The position numbers were made by a program, and so were the translations under genes. A stretch of DNA of 32,808 nt. Source: a virus (Duplodnaviria > Caudoviricetes). Position 1 is the stretch's first letter; each line of letters starts with the position of its first letter. The DNA is taken from IMG/VR virus record IMGVR_UViG_3300036815_000072, positions 1 to 32,808 of that record. One strand, 5' to 3'. This document shows, piece after piece, positions 32,508-32,808 of this stretch. The notes under the pieces were generated by a model, which saw only the letters and a list, made by a program, of their open reading frames with translations, ran no database searches and was not told where the DNA came from.

Positions 32508-32808
32508 CTAGGTAAGAGAGGTGATGCGCTGGCTGCAATGGACATCAAAGTGGAGCAGTCCAATGGACTTGCCGTTGTTATCTGCTTCGGGGATGAAGGT
32601 GAATGTCCCGACTTCCGCGAAGCGCACGGCACCGTCATTGCCGCCTGCCGTGCTGGGCAGTGTCCAGTTATTTGCCACTGTCAGGGATACAATCCCGAAC
32701 GCAGCCATGACCTCTGTCTGGCGTGACATGTAATCCTGGTCACCAGCCCAGCTCGCTATTTCCATAGCGATAGCAAAGGTCTCTTCACGGCGATAGCTTG
32801 GCCCTAGT
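32508..32808 (-). CDS. putative tail terminator / head-tail connector (5' end off window)
   Basis: Frame open from the window edge (LGPSYRREETFAIAMEIASW...) to TAG 32508; position before the tail tube. Confidence 0.55.
   Translation of the reverse strand, partial: LGPSYRREETFAIAMEIASWAGDQDYMSRQTEVMAAFGIVSLTVANNWTLPSTAGGNDGAVRFAEVGTFTFIPEADNNGKSIGLLHFDVHCSQRITSLT

Overview
This 32.8 kb window is a high-GC temperate siphophage of an actinobacterial host, related in gene content to the L5/Bxb1 (mycobacteriophage cluster A) and Streptomyces R4-like phages. An intact Bxb1-like attP (16707-16756) indicates the sequence is the unintegrated form. Layout: (i) start of the virion operon on the minus strand (<1-2757: accessory virion-type proteins and a CAU tRNA); (ii) an A-rich divergent control region; (iii) a plus-strand early/replication operon (3334-11871: DnaB-like helicase, PD-(D/E)xK nuclease, resolvase, split primase, DnaQ-like exonuclease, adenine methylase, DUF4406-DUF6378 fusion, no DNA polymerase); (iv) a minus-strand accessory operon with an orphan DUF397 gene among three paralogous small proteins; (v) serine integrase, attP and an HTH-pseudo-Nudix regulator; (vi) a second switch with an L5 gp71-like repressor and a 15-bp operator that recurs in front of both early operons; (vii) lysis and tail genes on the minus strand (22529->32808). 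All family assignments come from motif recognition by eye; no database search was run.
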